Positions 23,824 to 36,705 are shown, numbered from the stretch's first letter. The stretch: DNA of 57,180 nt from Octopus bimaculoides (GCF_001194135.2 NC_068983.1:142700295-142757474), one strand, 5' to 3'. The notes: a model not told the origin generated them from the letters alone. Numbers and translations: made by a program.

Positions 23824-25050
23824 TTGGGTTGGCAACTAAGTTTCCACTGGTTTTTAAAATTTTAGAATCTATTTTTGAAACATTTTTTTTTTGCAGTTAA
23901 TTTTTGTTTATTTTCAGATCATTAAAATGGAACGTCAAGTTAAGTAAAACAATCATTTTCGACACCTCCTCCTTTTTGCTTTTAATCAAGGTTCCAAGGC
24001 CGCAAAAGCTGCTTGCGACATTTGTGCTCTGTATGGAGAGAGTGCTATAGCTGAAAGAACCATTTGTGATTGGTATGCCAAGTTCAAAAATGGAAATTTT
24101 GACCTCAAACATGCACCTTGTTCTGGCTGTCCAGTTGAGTTCGATGAAGAGTGATTAAACCAACTATTGCACGAAAATTCTCATCAAAAGACAAGGAAAC
24201 TGGCAGAGAAAATGGAATGCTCCCACACTGCTATAGAGAAGCATCTTCACTTGATGGGAAAGGTTCAGAAGTATGGAGCATAGGTTCCACATGCTTTAAG
24301 TGACAACAACAAAAATCAACGAGCCACAATCTCCACTGGTTTGCTTGCTCATCACCGCTCAACTCATGGATACAAGCAAGGATTTCTTTACCGAATCGTT
24401 ACTGGTGATGAAAAATGGTGCCTGTATATCAATATGAAGCAGCGTAAGGAATGGCTTAGCTCTGGTTAACAAGCGACACCGCGCGTGAAATAAGGTCTTC
24501 ATTTGTGTAAAACAATGTTGTGCGTATGGTGGGACTGGAAAGGGATTATCCATTATGAATTGCTTGAACTGAACCAAATGGTCAACGCGGAACTCTATGT
24601 TCAATAGATGGAACAACTCAACATGGCTATTCAAAAGAAAAGACCTAATTGGCAGCATGGAGTTCTTTCTGCTGCACGACAACGCCTGCCCTCATATCGC
24701 CAATATGACCAAGGAAGCCATTCAAACGCATGGCTGGGAAGTGCTGCCATACCCGCCGTACTCTCCTGATTTGGCACCAATGAATTTCCACCTCTTTCGA
24801 TCTCTTTCAAATGCTATGCGCGGAGTTTCGTTCAATACTGATACAGAATTGAGAGCTTAGTTGGATCAATTTTTCGAGTCGAAATCGGGTGATTTCTACC
24901 AACAAGGTATTGAAAATCTTGTTGAATGTTGGGAAGAAGTTGTAAACAACAAGGGTGAATACATTATTAATTAATTAGTTGTTATATTTTATCAAACTTT
25001 TTAAACAATTTAAATTTTAAAAAATGGCAGGAACTTAGTTGCCAACTTAA
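23824..25050 (+). mobile_element. Full-length mariner (DD34D) transposon, transposase pseudogene
   Basis: TA TSDs at 23822-23823 and 25051-25052. TIRs ttgggttggcaactaagtt / aacttagttgccaacttaa. Transposase from ATG 23927 to ~24973 with VPH.L, IVTGDEKW, LLHDNA.PH and YSPDLAP motifs, several stops and a frameshift. Confidence 0.95.
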
Positions 25051-25138
25051 TAAAAAGCACTTGAAATTTAGAGTGAGTTTAAATTAAGGATTTTATGTAA
25101 AAACAGAAAAATAACAAAAAAGAAATTATTTACAATAA

Positions 25139-25144
25139 TTTATT
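25139..25144 (-). terminator. Probable MRPS14 polyadenylation signal (AATAAA)
   Basis: tttatt on + about 60 nt downstream of the MRPS14 stop codon. Confidence 0.5.
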
Positions 25145-25203
25145 AAATATAAGGGATTTTGTATGAAAAAAGAATACAAAAGCATTACACACACACACAT
25201 ATA

Positions 25204-25386
25204 TTACCAACAAGATCTAGTGATACCAGAAAGTTGGTTGTAATCAGCTAAATGTCGCCACATAATGCGACTTATACGCCACCGTCTGAGAACACCTCTT
25301 GGTCTGGAAGTCAAAACACAACGTTGACGAATCCTCACTATTGAACTGTTCCTTGGAAGAGCAGCTACTTCTTCATCAGCAACTTC
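25204..25386 (-). CDS. MRPS14: Mitochondrial ribosomal protein uS14m, last coding exon
   Basis: [60 protein letters not shown] closely matches the animal MRPS14 C-terminus. cacag acceptor, phase 0. Confidence 0.95.
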   Translation of the reverse strand, partial: EVADEEVAALPRNSSIVRIRQRCVLTSRPRGVLRRWRISRIMWRHLADYNQLSGITRSCW

Positions 25387-25499
25387 CTGTGAATTTAGAA
25401 AGAAATCAAATAAAGAAAATATTTTATAGAAACACTTAAAAGATATCAGTGTAGTAATAATTTTCCAAGCCACTGATAATTTCTTTTGCTTCTACCTAT

Positions 25500-25660
25500 A
25501 TGCTTTATTTCTCTGTATGGATATGAAGTTTGCTTCCCAGCCACATAGCTTCAGGTTCAACCTCACTGTGCAGCACTTTGGACAAGTGTCCTCTACTAAA
25601 GCTCTGGGTCAATCAAAGCCTTCTGAATGGATTTGATAGACAAACTGAAAGAAGCTTGTC
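25500..25660 (+). mobile_element. tRNA-derived SINE 5' part
   Basis: gaagtttgcttcccagccacatagcttcaggttcaacctcactgtgcagcactttggacaagtgtc, homologous to the head at 13816. Confidence 0.65.
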
Positions 25661-25664
25661 ATAT

Positions 25665-26190
25665 CATCATCATCATCATCGTCGTTGTTTAACATCCACT
25701 TTCCATGCTGGTATGGGTTGGAAGTTTGACTGAGGACTGGTAAGCCAGAAGGCTGCACCAGGCTTCAATCTGATCTGGCAAAGTTTCTACAGCTGGATGC
25801 CCTTCCTAACAACCACCCCAAGAGTGTAGTGGGTGCTTTTTACATGCCACTGGCATGAGGGCCAGTCAGGCAGTACTGGCATTGACCACACTTGAACGGT
25901 GCTTTTTACATGCTACTGTCATGGGACCAGTCAGCCAGCACTGGCACTGACCACACTTGAATGGTGCTTTTTATGTGCCACCAGCATGGGAGCCAGTCAG
26001 GCGACACTGGCAACGATCATGCTCAAAAGGTGCTTTTTATATGCCACTGGCACAGGACCAGTCAGACAGTACTGGCATCGACCACACTCAAATGGTGCTT
26101 TTTACATGCCACTGGCATGGGTGCCAATCAGGTGGTACTGTCATCAGCCATGACAATGACCTCACTTGACTCAACAGGTCTTCGCAAGCG
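25665..26190 (-). mobile_element. RTE tail copy with ~4.5 tandem ~66-bp units
   Basis: (CAT)n tail at ~25665; units starting ggtgctttt at about 25832, 25898, 25963, 26030 and 26094. Confidence 0.85.
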
Positions 26191-26949
26191 CAGTTTATTT
26201 ATATAAATATATACATGAGCATGTGTTTTCTTGACATAGTATCGTTTGTAAAAAAGCATGCCTTTAGGGAAATACCCCCTTACTTAGAAACAGGTAAGTG
26301 TTGGCAACGGGAAGGGCATCCAGCTTCAGAAAATCTGCTTCAACAAATGCCAGTTTGGAAAATTGGATTTTAAAATGTCTTAGGTGTTGTAATAAATATA
26401 TCAATCCCACCCGCATCATCATCATCATTTTAAATGTTCACTTCTGGATTAAACAGAATTTGCTGAGGCAGATTTTCTACAACTTGATGTCCTTCCTGTC
26501 ACCAACACTCAGCTGTTTCCAAGCAAGATAATACTTCCCCATGGCTAGATATGTTTTTCATGAAAGATTGGAAATGACTAACAAGACATGTATGATGGCA
26601 GCACTCATTTACAATTATCATGTGCTTCTTTCAGTTTCCATCTACTAAATCCATTCTCAAGGTTTTGGTTGGCCTGGGGTTATAGACGACAATGGCTCAA
26701 GGTGGTGTAGTGAGGTTGACTCCAAAACCATATGGTTGGGAAACAAGCTTCTACAATAGAATCACAGGTGTTAATATTTATAATATATAGAGTAAAATAT
26801 AAATTTGCCATTCTAATGGGAAAAGCAGTTATAATTACAAAACATTATTACCATTAATTCAGTTTACCATCCAACTTAACAGAATCTGCAAAAATTCTTT
26901 TGCCTATTCTTATTTCAGGAAGCAAATTTATTTTATTTGTTCATTCTTT

Positions 26950-27750
26950 ATCATATTAAAATACATCCAGAGAATTTAATTTCCCTTGTCTTTCTAGACC
27001 AAAGAGATGTTCATTCAGCAGTTGCAAGGTCTACCAGTAAAAATTGTCAAATTGTACAAATCTCTGATAAGAAGGCATGCCAGACTTTGAGCTGTCAAAG
27101 AATATCACTCTCAATGAAACTGTCTTTCCTTAATAAAACTGATTTCTGATAAAGATGTTCTCTTTACTTTAGAAGCAATGTCTTTAGCCTTGAAAAACAC
27201 CTAGTAATTTTATCAAAGCATTGATCTACTGAAGAGAATATTGCAGTTATGGCTTCAAAATACACAATGTACCTCCCTCAATTCCAATTCATCTGGGAGT
27301 TTTACAAGTACTACCACTTCTGTTCTGATATGAAATGATGACTGCTTTCTGCACAATGTCATCATAGAGGTTGCCAAATATATCTTCATTCTGTAAATCA
27401 TACTTTTTAGATTTGAGCTTGTTATCTAAGTATATCATGTAATCAGCATCCATTTGTAACTTCACAATAAGTCACTTCAATAAGTTTGAATAATTATCAA
27501 AAATTTGTTGAATACAAGGAACATGCAGTGTCCATCAAGTTGTGCTCGAAGTTAAGATACTACCAGGTGTCAATCTATTCTCAGATTTTTTTTAGATGCC
27601 TTCATGCTCAGATTTGAAGATTTTATGATTAACCAAGAAATTCGACAACCCAGTGAACACAAACATATAAGAAAAAATTGACAAAAAATTTGTGCCTACC
27701 TCTCTCAACTGTTATAGAATAAAAATCAGTATATCATGGTTCAAGTATTA
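26950..27750 (-). mobile_element. Possible ancient hAT transposase remnant in MRPS14 intron 2
   Basis: Minus frames give YFEAITAIFSSVDQCFD and LLVDLATAE*TS, which resemble the hAT C-terminal dimerisation region (PVttAtAERSFS). Heavily decayed. Confidence 0.3.
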
Positions 27751-29381
27751 TCTGTACTAGCTTTGTTAGGCTATCTTTCCCTTCCAATCCCACTAGGTTA
27801 TTCAAGTTAAATGATTCCTCAACATTCCTACAGGACTTCCTTATTGGCAAAATTTTCATTATGCATTAATGATTTGCTTGCAAAAATTTTCTTATAGTTT
27901 TAACCAGCAGAAATTAGTAGTGTAAAAAACCCATATCACTCAATCATTTGAAAATAATGTTTATATACAACTAATGATATCAATTTCAAATAAAGAAGAA
28001 AATCAATACTCCTTATAAAAGACGGAGCTAAAGGCAGAAAATAATTGGATAAATATTCAAATTTTGTGTTTGTTCTTTTTACCTTATTAATCAGCCATAC
28101 CTTGATCATGAATTGTTCAGATGAAGGCTCTTATAAATAATTACACTTGAAAAATGTCTATCCCCTATTTACTTCTGCTAATGCATTCGTATCAACTGAT
28201 TCCTTTATATTCATACCTTTTCAAAAGTATAACTGCTATGAGATAAATTTCATTGTTTATATAATTGAAACTTGCATTGTTTTATTTCTAAAAGATAAAT
28301 TAAGTTCATCATCACGTTCAAGTCTGTTTTCTATCCACGTTGTTTTGAATTAATTATGCATTATCTACTAGCTTCAAGATTTTGATTATGTAATACTTAT
28401 TTTCAAAATGACATTGTGTGACAGGTTGGATCTGGCTGTTTTGAACATAAAACAGGTAGAATATTTTGGGCCAGATATAATCGGTTTAAATTCTAGAGGG
28501 TTAAGCTTTTATGGCTTACAAATGTGCTTCTCATAGCACATGTACTTTCGTTGAATCATCTTGTCACCTATATTGTGACTTTTGCCAGGCCAAGAACTAA
28601 ATTATCAAATCCTTTCTCATCAAAACATCAATCCTCTGAAATTTCCTCTTTGCTTACGTTTTCCTTCCTCGAGATTAAACTATTAAAAAAAATCCATTCC
28701 ATGTTAGCCATAATAATACATTTGTAGTAAAAGTAGTTTTAGTTTTTTAAAAAATAAACATCAAAAGAGCAACAGGACAAAGAAACTGGCAGATTATAAA
28801 CTAAAGCTTTATACTATGAGTACATAAAGTAATATCTTATACCAATGAGTCTATTGTAAGGCTTTCACCCCCAGATGCACATGTTTGTTCAAAATATTTT
28901 TCAAATATGTCTTCTATGGTAGCTGAAATAATTCCTGGAGTAAGTGACTTTTCTATCCCTTTTCTTAAAACTGACCACATAAACACGATGTTTTTGTGCA
29001 CAAGACATTAGTGTACCTTAAATTTTGAAACTAACATAAATTTCATAATGTGCAAGCATTTACAAAATACATAAGTACATGTTGTACTAACTTAGCCTAA
29101 GATTTAACTATCTTAAATATTACATTCAATAAAGGCATAGAAACTGAGAAGTTAAGGTACTGTGTCCTTGTCTTGAGTTCAAACATTGGTGTATTTTACG
29201 ATGTCTTTAGATGAGATATATTAGTGAGATTGGCTTAATCAGTCTAGCAACAAGGTTCCATTTACTTTCTTCATGGTAGAGTAGATTAGTAAATTCTGCA
29301 TTAACAATACACTAATAGCAAACTAAGACGAACACACATAAATGAGTAATCTTTTAAAAATGAAATACTGTATATACTTAC

Positions 29382-29576
29382 CCTTAACTCTTTAGGTAGT
29401 ATTGTATTTTTACGTATGGCATTGATTCTTAAACGCTCTGTATACTGTTCTTTGATTGTCTGTCTTTTTTTATAATCCTTTAACATTTGCCAATTTGCAA
29501 ATCTAAATCGAACAGGTTGTGAAAATAATGGCTTCTCTGTTGCTGTCAAAACAGGCATGGTCAACCTTGAAGAAAG
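29382..29576 (-). CDS. MRPS14: MRPS14 internal coding exon
   Basis: LSSRLTMPV...FANWQMLKDYKKRQTIKEQYTERLRINAIRKNTILPKELR. Acceptor tactctctag and donor agg|gtaagt, phase 0-0, in frame with the last exon. Confidence 0.92.
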
Positions 29577-29849
29577 CTAGAGAGTAAATAAATTCTTTAA
29601 GTTTACTAATAACAAAGAAAACAATACAAAAATGTAAAGTAAAAACACCAAAGTATTACCAACTTATAATGAAGAGATGAAATATATGGCAGGAATTTGT
29701 AGTGGTTTCTAAACTACAATAGTTCAGTTTCACCTTCGGCTATTTTTGGAGTTCTTTTTTCCCTTGATCATTTCTAATGTTGAGAATGATAAAGGAGTGT
29801 CTGTGTAACTCAGGTGGAATAAATACAAGTCTGACACAAGATCAACTCC

Positions 29850-30175
29850 TCTAATGCCCCCTCTCCTCTCAAAAGATCTTTGTCTTGCAAGTTACTTAGT
29901 GACCCTGCCAGCATTGGTGTCATGCAAAAAGCATCCAGTACACACTGTAAAGTGGTTGGCATTTGGAAGGGCACCAGCTGTAAAAACCATGTCAAAACTG
30001 ACCTCGCCTGTGCTTGTGCCATGTAAAAAGCACTCTGTCCACTTTGCTAGATGGTTGGTATTAAGAAGGGCATCCAGCTGTAAAAACCATGCCAAATCAG
30101 ACAGAAGTCTGGAGCAGCCACTGTCAAACCGTTTGACTCATGCCAGCATGGAAGGCAGGTGTTAAACGATGATAA
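29850..30175 (+). mobile_element. RTE tail copy with an internal duplication
   Basis: Two successive ggttgg...gaagggca.ccagctgtaaaaaccatg blocks, ending catggaaggcaggtgttaaacgatgat. Confidence 0.8.
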
Positions 30176-30298
30176 TATGTTTGACACACTGGTTTATAAT
30201 CAGTAATTATGTTGATACACACATTTCAAAATTAAATACACTATAGTTTTTGAAAGATATATTTCTAGAAAAAAAATGTTACTTGATGCATTTAAATA

Positions 30299-33200
30299 TT
30301 GGGTCATCCCATAAATAATGTGGTTCTTTCAACTGCATGAACTAAAAACTGGAGGGAGGGGCAGGATAAACTACCTGCATCAACTTGCCATAAAAGCAGG
30401 TAGTAATTTTACCTTTTACTTATTCTTAGTGCAAGTTTCTTGTTGTGTGAATGTTTTGCCAGTGCTTCCTGTGTCATTTATTGGATTGTTATATTGGTGC
30501 AGTGAGTTGAGGTTGTTTTTGGTTCCCCCTGCGGGGGAATTATTGTTGAACCGTGCAGCTTTGAGCTAATTCTGTGGGGCGTAAGCCCAAATTTTTCTGT
30601 GTTTGGCGTTTTGCTGTAAATTGCATTCTATTTAACAAAAAAGAAAAAAAAAAAAACATGGAGTTACCATAGAGTTCAATGGACTCACCAAATAATTTAA
30701 TTATTGATATGCCTGTTTTTGTAACATGTGAAGATGAAAAAACACTGGCGGTGTCGCCAAAAAAGTTAAACTTTGCCGAGGCAGCAGGAAAGGAGGGGAC
30801 AAATTAATACAGAGATGAATAATTTTAAAAAGTTTATGTCTATGTTCAAAAAGGAGGGGATGGAAAAACAAGTAGCCCCTCCAACAGAAACAATAGAGCA
30901 AGTTAATAAGGAAAGAATAATCTACAAAACTTACAACATCGAGAAGAAAAGAACTGATAAAACAGAAGAAAAATTTATTGAAAAAGGCCTAAAGCCCATA
31001 TGGTCGGATATAACTTACATGACAAGAGGAAAACGTTTTGGAACGTTCGAAGTGAGGTTCACATCAGAGGAGGTGGTTCTTCTTCCCATATATATGGGAA
31101 GAAGAACATTGAAAATAGAAATTACAAATATTCCTCCAGAAGTAGATGCTGCCTGGCTAGTGGCAGCCATAATAATGAACCAGGAAGAAGAAATCACCAT
31201 TCTGCAGGCCACAGTGGTGGAGGAAGTGAATTGGAAGAGAGAATGCTTGAACATGTAGATTCAGGCAGAGGTCCCTACCTTCTGGCAAATGTATACGCGA
31301 ATTGGCAGCAGAACGGGTTTATTCCCAGATCTGTGTGCTGGGGAGTGGTGACACTTGTCAGAAAGGACCTGGACAAGGGGGATTCTGTTGATAATTTTTG
31401 GCCCATCACTCTGCTAAACGCAGAGTTGAAGATTTTGGCCAAAGTGTTATCGAAAAGATTGGTGGGTGTGACAGATGGTCTGATTGGGGAGGCACAGACA
31501 TATGCCGTTCCCGGCAGAACCATCCAAGATAACCTCCATCTTATAAAGTACACTTTAGAGGGGCTTAATAGTGATTCTGGCAAGGGTGGGGCACTAGTCC
31601 ANNNNNNNNNNNNNNNNNNNNNNNNNNNNNNNNNNNNNNNNNNNNNNNNNNNNNNNNNNNNNNNNNNNNNNNNNNNNNNNNNNNNNNNNNNNNNNNNNNN
31701 NNNNNNNNNNNNNNNNNNNNNNNNNNNNNNNNNNNNNNNNNNNNNNNNNNNNNNNNNNNNNNNNNNNNNNNNNNNNNNNNNNNNNNNNNNNNNNNNNNNN
31801 NNNNNNNNNNNNNNNNNNNNNNNNNNNNNNNNNNNNNNNNNATGGCTCAAGCCATTACTGCGAAAATTGAGCAGCATTCCAAGACAGCCAAGTTGTGGAA
31901 AGTCGTTTCAGTTTATGCGGATGACATCACCATCATCATAACCAAAATGGATCCCCTACAGAGAGTACGCAAGGCCATTAAGGTTTACGAGAGAGTGGCA
32001 GGAGCAAAAGTTAATCATGAAAAGTCAGTCAGCTTGCAGCTCGGCACGTCAATGCCTCCTGATAGGTCGTGCAGCGTTGGACGGAGGGTCCGATTAAATT
32101 GCTAGGAGTTTGGTTCAGACCAGACCTGGTCTTGGCAGTGGCTATCCCTGAAAGGGAGGGCGGAGGTAGCCAATGTGTTCATTGCCCTGATTCGTGGTTG
32201 ATCAAGCTGGAAAGACAGCTCTTCCAATTCTTGTGGAAGGGCTCGAAACAGCTTGTGAGATGCTCTATTTGCTGCCAACGACCGTTAAAGGGTGGGCTAG
32301 GGATGCCTTGGTTGTTGATGCGCAGACATGCACTGAGGTTGAGGCTCTACCTGGATGGTGAACGAATGTGGTGAAACGGATGTTTCCGAAGTTCACTAGT
32401 TTTGGTGGATGGGAAACCTGGTTCTATCGAAGATGGGTTCATGGTTTACGGAGTGTCGCAAGGCTCTCCTGTTATTCTGTCGCTCGGCAATGCCTGCGGT
32501 GGAGGTTCCACCGCATTCTTTTTATAGAGGGCTTGTAGAGGCAGAATGTGACAATACCTTAGAGGAAATCGACGATAATCAGTTGGCCAGTCTGTTCCAA
32601 CTTACATTCGGGCCGAAGACCTTGGACAACTTTCAGAAGTCTCTTGCATAGCAGTGTTGCTGAGGAGCTTTACCTGTTCAGGACAAGCTCACAAGGCATG
32701 GTGGCCATGGCCCTTTGACCTGTCCAAGATGCGAGCGGGATAGGTAAACTGTCCCGCACGCTATTGTTCAGTGTTCAAAGGTGTCAGATGTGTGGGTTTA
32801 TGCTGAACAACTGTTGTCAAGTGCAAGAAGAGTACAGCTATCGACTGAGTCTATAGTAAAAATTGACCCGCCTGATTTCTTTTCGAAAGAAGGTAAGAAT
32901 TGTTTTCTCATCGTAGTAGCAAATGCGAGAGAGGTGATTTGGAAGACCAGGCTGAAAGAGTTAAAGTCAGGCACCTTCATCTTTGGTCCTGAATTGGTGA
33001 ATTACTTCACTTTTCACCTTAAAAGGAAAATAGGGCTAGAGAGAAAATGCCTGACTATGAAAATGTTCAAAAATCGATGGAAGAATGTAGAATAGATGTT
33101 GCGTGTGAATGTAACCTCATGAATGTGACACAGGATGTATCTCAGGTATCAGTGGCAAGGTTGGGCTCGTGGAGGTCCAAATTAAACATCCCTCCCCACT

Positions 33201-34045
33201 TCATCTGTAATGTCTTACAGTCTGTCCTAGCATTCAATTTCTTTATATTTTCATCCCCATATTTATGTTATAGCTATTCGTTCATCTGACCTTAAATCAA
33301 ATTGTGCTGTCCCCTTGGGGGAAATAAAAAAATCAACTTATTCTTAGTGCAATTCAATTTTAACAGTTATTTTTTCAAAGCTATAATGGAAGTGACAAAG
33401 CATATTCAGCTTTGAGTTCAATAAGGCAACAACACAATGGAAAGTGCGAGGAATATTAATGCAGTATATGGGGATCGGACAATAAGCATAAACCAGTGTC
33501 AGTGGTGGTTCCAGTAATTCCAAGCTGGACACTACAGCCTAGAAGGTGAGCCTCATCCTGGAAGATATGTAGAGCTAGTTGAGGATGTCTTGCAAACCCT
33601 GGTGGAACAAAATCCCCTCGTAACTGTCGAGGAACTAGCAGAGAAGCTTGGATTTAGTAATTCAACCATTCATCAACACCAGCACTAGAAGAAAAACTAA
33701 CCATCTTTGGTTTCAAGATGAAAGGTGTTCTTCCATCAGGATGATGCTTGGTCACATACAGCGAGGGTGACATTCTAAAGGCTGGAGCAGTTTGAATGGG
33801 AAACGATGCCCCACCCACCATATTCAACGGACATTGCCTCATCTGATTATAATTTATTCCACAGTTTTCAAAATCATTTGGATGAAAAACATATGAATTC
33901 TATAGATGAGGTCAGAACAGTACTGGAGGAGTATTTGTCATCACCAGCAATTGGATTTTGGGAGAGTGGCCTTGCAAGTCTACTAGATAGATGGAAGAGC
34001 ATTGTAGAAAATGAAGGAGAGTATATTTTAGATATTATTTTTAAA
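30299..34045 (+). mobile_element. Second mariner, internally deleted, split by a Tx1 LINE and missing its right TIR
   Basis: TA then ttgggtcatcccataaataatg (TIR-like) at 30299. Transposase pieces at 33386-34045 include MEVTK, PHPPYSTDIASSDYNLFHSFQNHL and WKSIVENEGEYI. Confidence 0.85.
30435..33335 (+). mobile_element. Tx1/L1-clade LINE with a 17-bp TSD, internally deleted
   Basis: TSD ACTTATTCTTAGTGCAA at 30418-30434 and 33336-33352. ORF1 piece 30773-31255 joins directly to RT (WPITLLNAELKILAKVLSKRL, YADDITII). C-terminal CPRC...H...C zinc motif at ~32720-32775 and an A-rich tail. No endonuclease domain. Confidence 0.9.
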
Positions 34046-34469
34046 TAGACACCCAATGACAAAACCAGTTACATCACTGGAACACAACTTCTGTTATGTA
34101 GTATATCCCTAAAATTTCAGACATCCCAGAAAAGATTGTCACATGCACATAACAGACCTGGGGCTCCTTTTAACAGCTTAGCAGTAGTATGCTCATCCAT
34201 TAGTAGCTATCAATTCTAAGTCAAAAGCCAGCAGCCTTTTGTGGGTTTATGAAAACTGTCATTGTTATCTTTCCAATCATTATTAGTTTAGAATACATTT
34301 TCCAATGTTATCATGCTTGGGATGAACATACAGTACACTGTGTTTCCATGTGGCTGGAACTTAAGAGACATGGTCTGTAAGGTGAAATTTGTAAAGTCCA
34401 ATCTAAGAGTCTTAATCAAGATGTTTTTAGGCCATCACTCATCAGTAGTAGCCAGAGTAAAACAGTGGA

Positions 34470-34757
34470 AAAATTTAAGTGTTGCCAGTGCTGCTGGACT
34501 GGCTCCTGTGCAGGTGGCAGGTAAAAAACACCATTTTGAGCATGGCCGTGGTCAGTACCGCCTAACTGGCCCTCGTGCCGGTAGCACGTAAAAGCACCCA
34601 CTACACTCTCGGAGTGGTTGGCATCAGGAAGGGCATCCAGCTGTAGAAACTCTGCCAGATCAGATTGGAGCTTGGTGCAGCCATCTGGTTCGCCAGCCCT
34701 CAGTCAAATCGTCCAACGCATGCTAGCATGGAAAGCGGACGTTAAACGATGATGATA
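34470..34757 (+). mobile_element. RTE tail copy
   Basis: Tandem units plus the conserved tail ending gttaaacgatgatgat; near-identical to 49245-49502 and 53320-53598. Confidence 0.88.
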
Positions 34758-35519
34758 TTACCACTGTTACTGAATGAAATGCAGATAATAGAATACTTGT
34801 GTCAATGCTGCATGATAACGAGACAAAAGCATGTGCAGCAAAATGATGTGTAATATGATAAGTGAATTGATCACAGGTGTACTGAAAACAAAACTGGACA
34901 CCAAAGGAATCAGTCATAGTGTGCAAGAGAAGACTGAGCTAGTGTGGATATATGATGAGTATAAGAGTGACAGGTGAAAAGGTGTCAAATGATACAAGTG
35001 GTAGAAGTTTAGAACTGAACTAAATGTATTACAGTATTTAACTGTATCTCTCTCAATTCCAAGTTCAACTTTAACCTTTAGTCTTTTGATAATTAATAAA
35101 ATAAGTGCCAGTATTACATTGATGACAATTTAATTAGTCATATTCTTGTTCCTTTTGCAGATTAAACTTAAGATTTGTTAAATGGAAACAATTCAGCTTT
35201 GTGCCTCTTAGAACAATAATAAAAACAGACAAATTGTTGTAAGGCTGTTCAAGTTCAATGTTGTGTCATGCTGCTGGATGATTATAACTTTTACCATACA
35301 ACAATAGTAAAAGAAAGAGTCCTAGTGAGAAAAAATACCAGTTCTTAAAAATGATATGAGAGTGAGGTAAAATAATTCTACTGAACTGTTTATATTATAT
35401 CAAGAATTCAAACTTTATTACATATACCATATTCATAAAATTGTGTCTATGGACAAAGCTTGCTTTGAAGCTTATTTACTACATTATTTTTACAGCAACT
35501 CACTTCCAGAACTTAAGAA

Positions 35520-36705
35520 ATTTCAGGTATGGAAGCAAGGTCTGGAATCAAAGGGCCTTAGGGTTATTCTAGCAAAAACCAAAGTCTTAGTAAGTCAGAA
35601 AGCTGACAAATCACAAATCCCTTCAGGTAGATGGCCCTGCTCAATCTGTAGAAAAAGCATAGGTAGAAACTCCATAAGATGTACCTGGTGTAAGCTATGG
35701 ACACATAAGAGGTGCAGCAATATCAGGAAGGTTAACAAGGAAAATAGTTTTTGTGTGGAAGGTGCACAGGTACAATAAACACTAAAGATGTACAGAAAAT
35801 AGACTCCATCAAATGCCAGTGGGAAAAGCTGAAGGTAAACTTCTGTTATCTACGTGACCAAGTCAGTAGTGGAGGTGGACGCTCCAAGAGCATAGCTGCT
35901 AGAATAAGAATAGGCTGGGCAAAGTTCAGAGTGCTCCTACCTTTGTTGGTAAAGGGCCTCTCCTTCAGAGTGAAAGGCAAATTATGATGCCTGTGTGAAC
36001 AGCCATGCTACACGGCAGTGAAACATGGGCTGTGACCACAGAAGACATGCATAAGCTTGAAAGTAACGAAGCTAGTATGCGTTACTAGATGTGCAATATC
36101 AGTGTGCATGTACAACAGTGTGAGTCTCGAGAAAAGTTGGGCATAAGAGGTATCAGATGTGGTGTGCAAGAGAGACAACTGCACTGGTATGGTCATGTGA
36201 TGTACATGGACAAGGACAGCTGTGTAAAAATGTGCTGATTTCTAATTGTGGAAGAGGTGGTCAAGCATGATCTTTGAACACTAGGACTCACAGAGGCGAT
36301 GACAAGTGACTGAGAACTTTGGTGATATGCCGTGCTTAGTAAGACTTGTCAAGCCAAGAGAAACTGTAGTCATGGCCAATGCTGGTGTTACATAAAAAGC
36401 ACCCTTAGAACATTTGAGCCTTATGGAAGCAATGACAAGTGACTGAGACCTTTGGCAATATGCAGTGCTTGAGAAGACTCGTCAAGCCAAGTGAAACTTT
36501 AGTTGTATCTGATGCCAGTGTCATGTGAGTGGCATGTAAAAAGCACCAATTACACCCTTGGAGTGGTTGGCATTAAGAAGGGCATCCAGCCATAGAAACC
36601 ACGCCAAATTAGACTGGAACCTGGTGCAGCTCTCCAGCTTATCAGTTTCAGTGAAACTGTCTAACTTATGCCAGCATGGAAAGCAGACACTAAACGATGA
36701 TGATA
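35520..36705 (+). mobile_element. RTE LINE 3' part with a PHD-like Cys cluster inside ORF2
   Basis: WKQGLESKGLRVILAKTKVLV, PCSICRK...RCTWCKLWTHKRCS...CGRC, FCYLRDQVSSGGG and ARIRIGWAKFR, then the 3' UTR and (GAT)n tail. Confidence 0.9.

Noticed and set aside
25830-26130. Regularly spaced repeats resembling a CRISPR array
   Set aside because: The units are whole tandem duplications without unique spacers, they are part of an RTE 3' UTR, the context is eukaryotic, and there are no cas genes.
33330-34045. Treating this as a stand-alone mariner fragment
   Set aside because: The 17-bp TSD shows it is the continuation of the mariner that starts at 30299.
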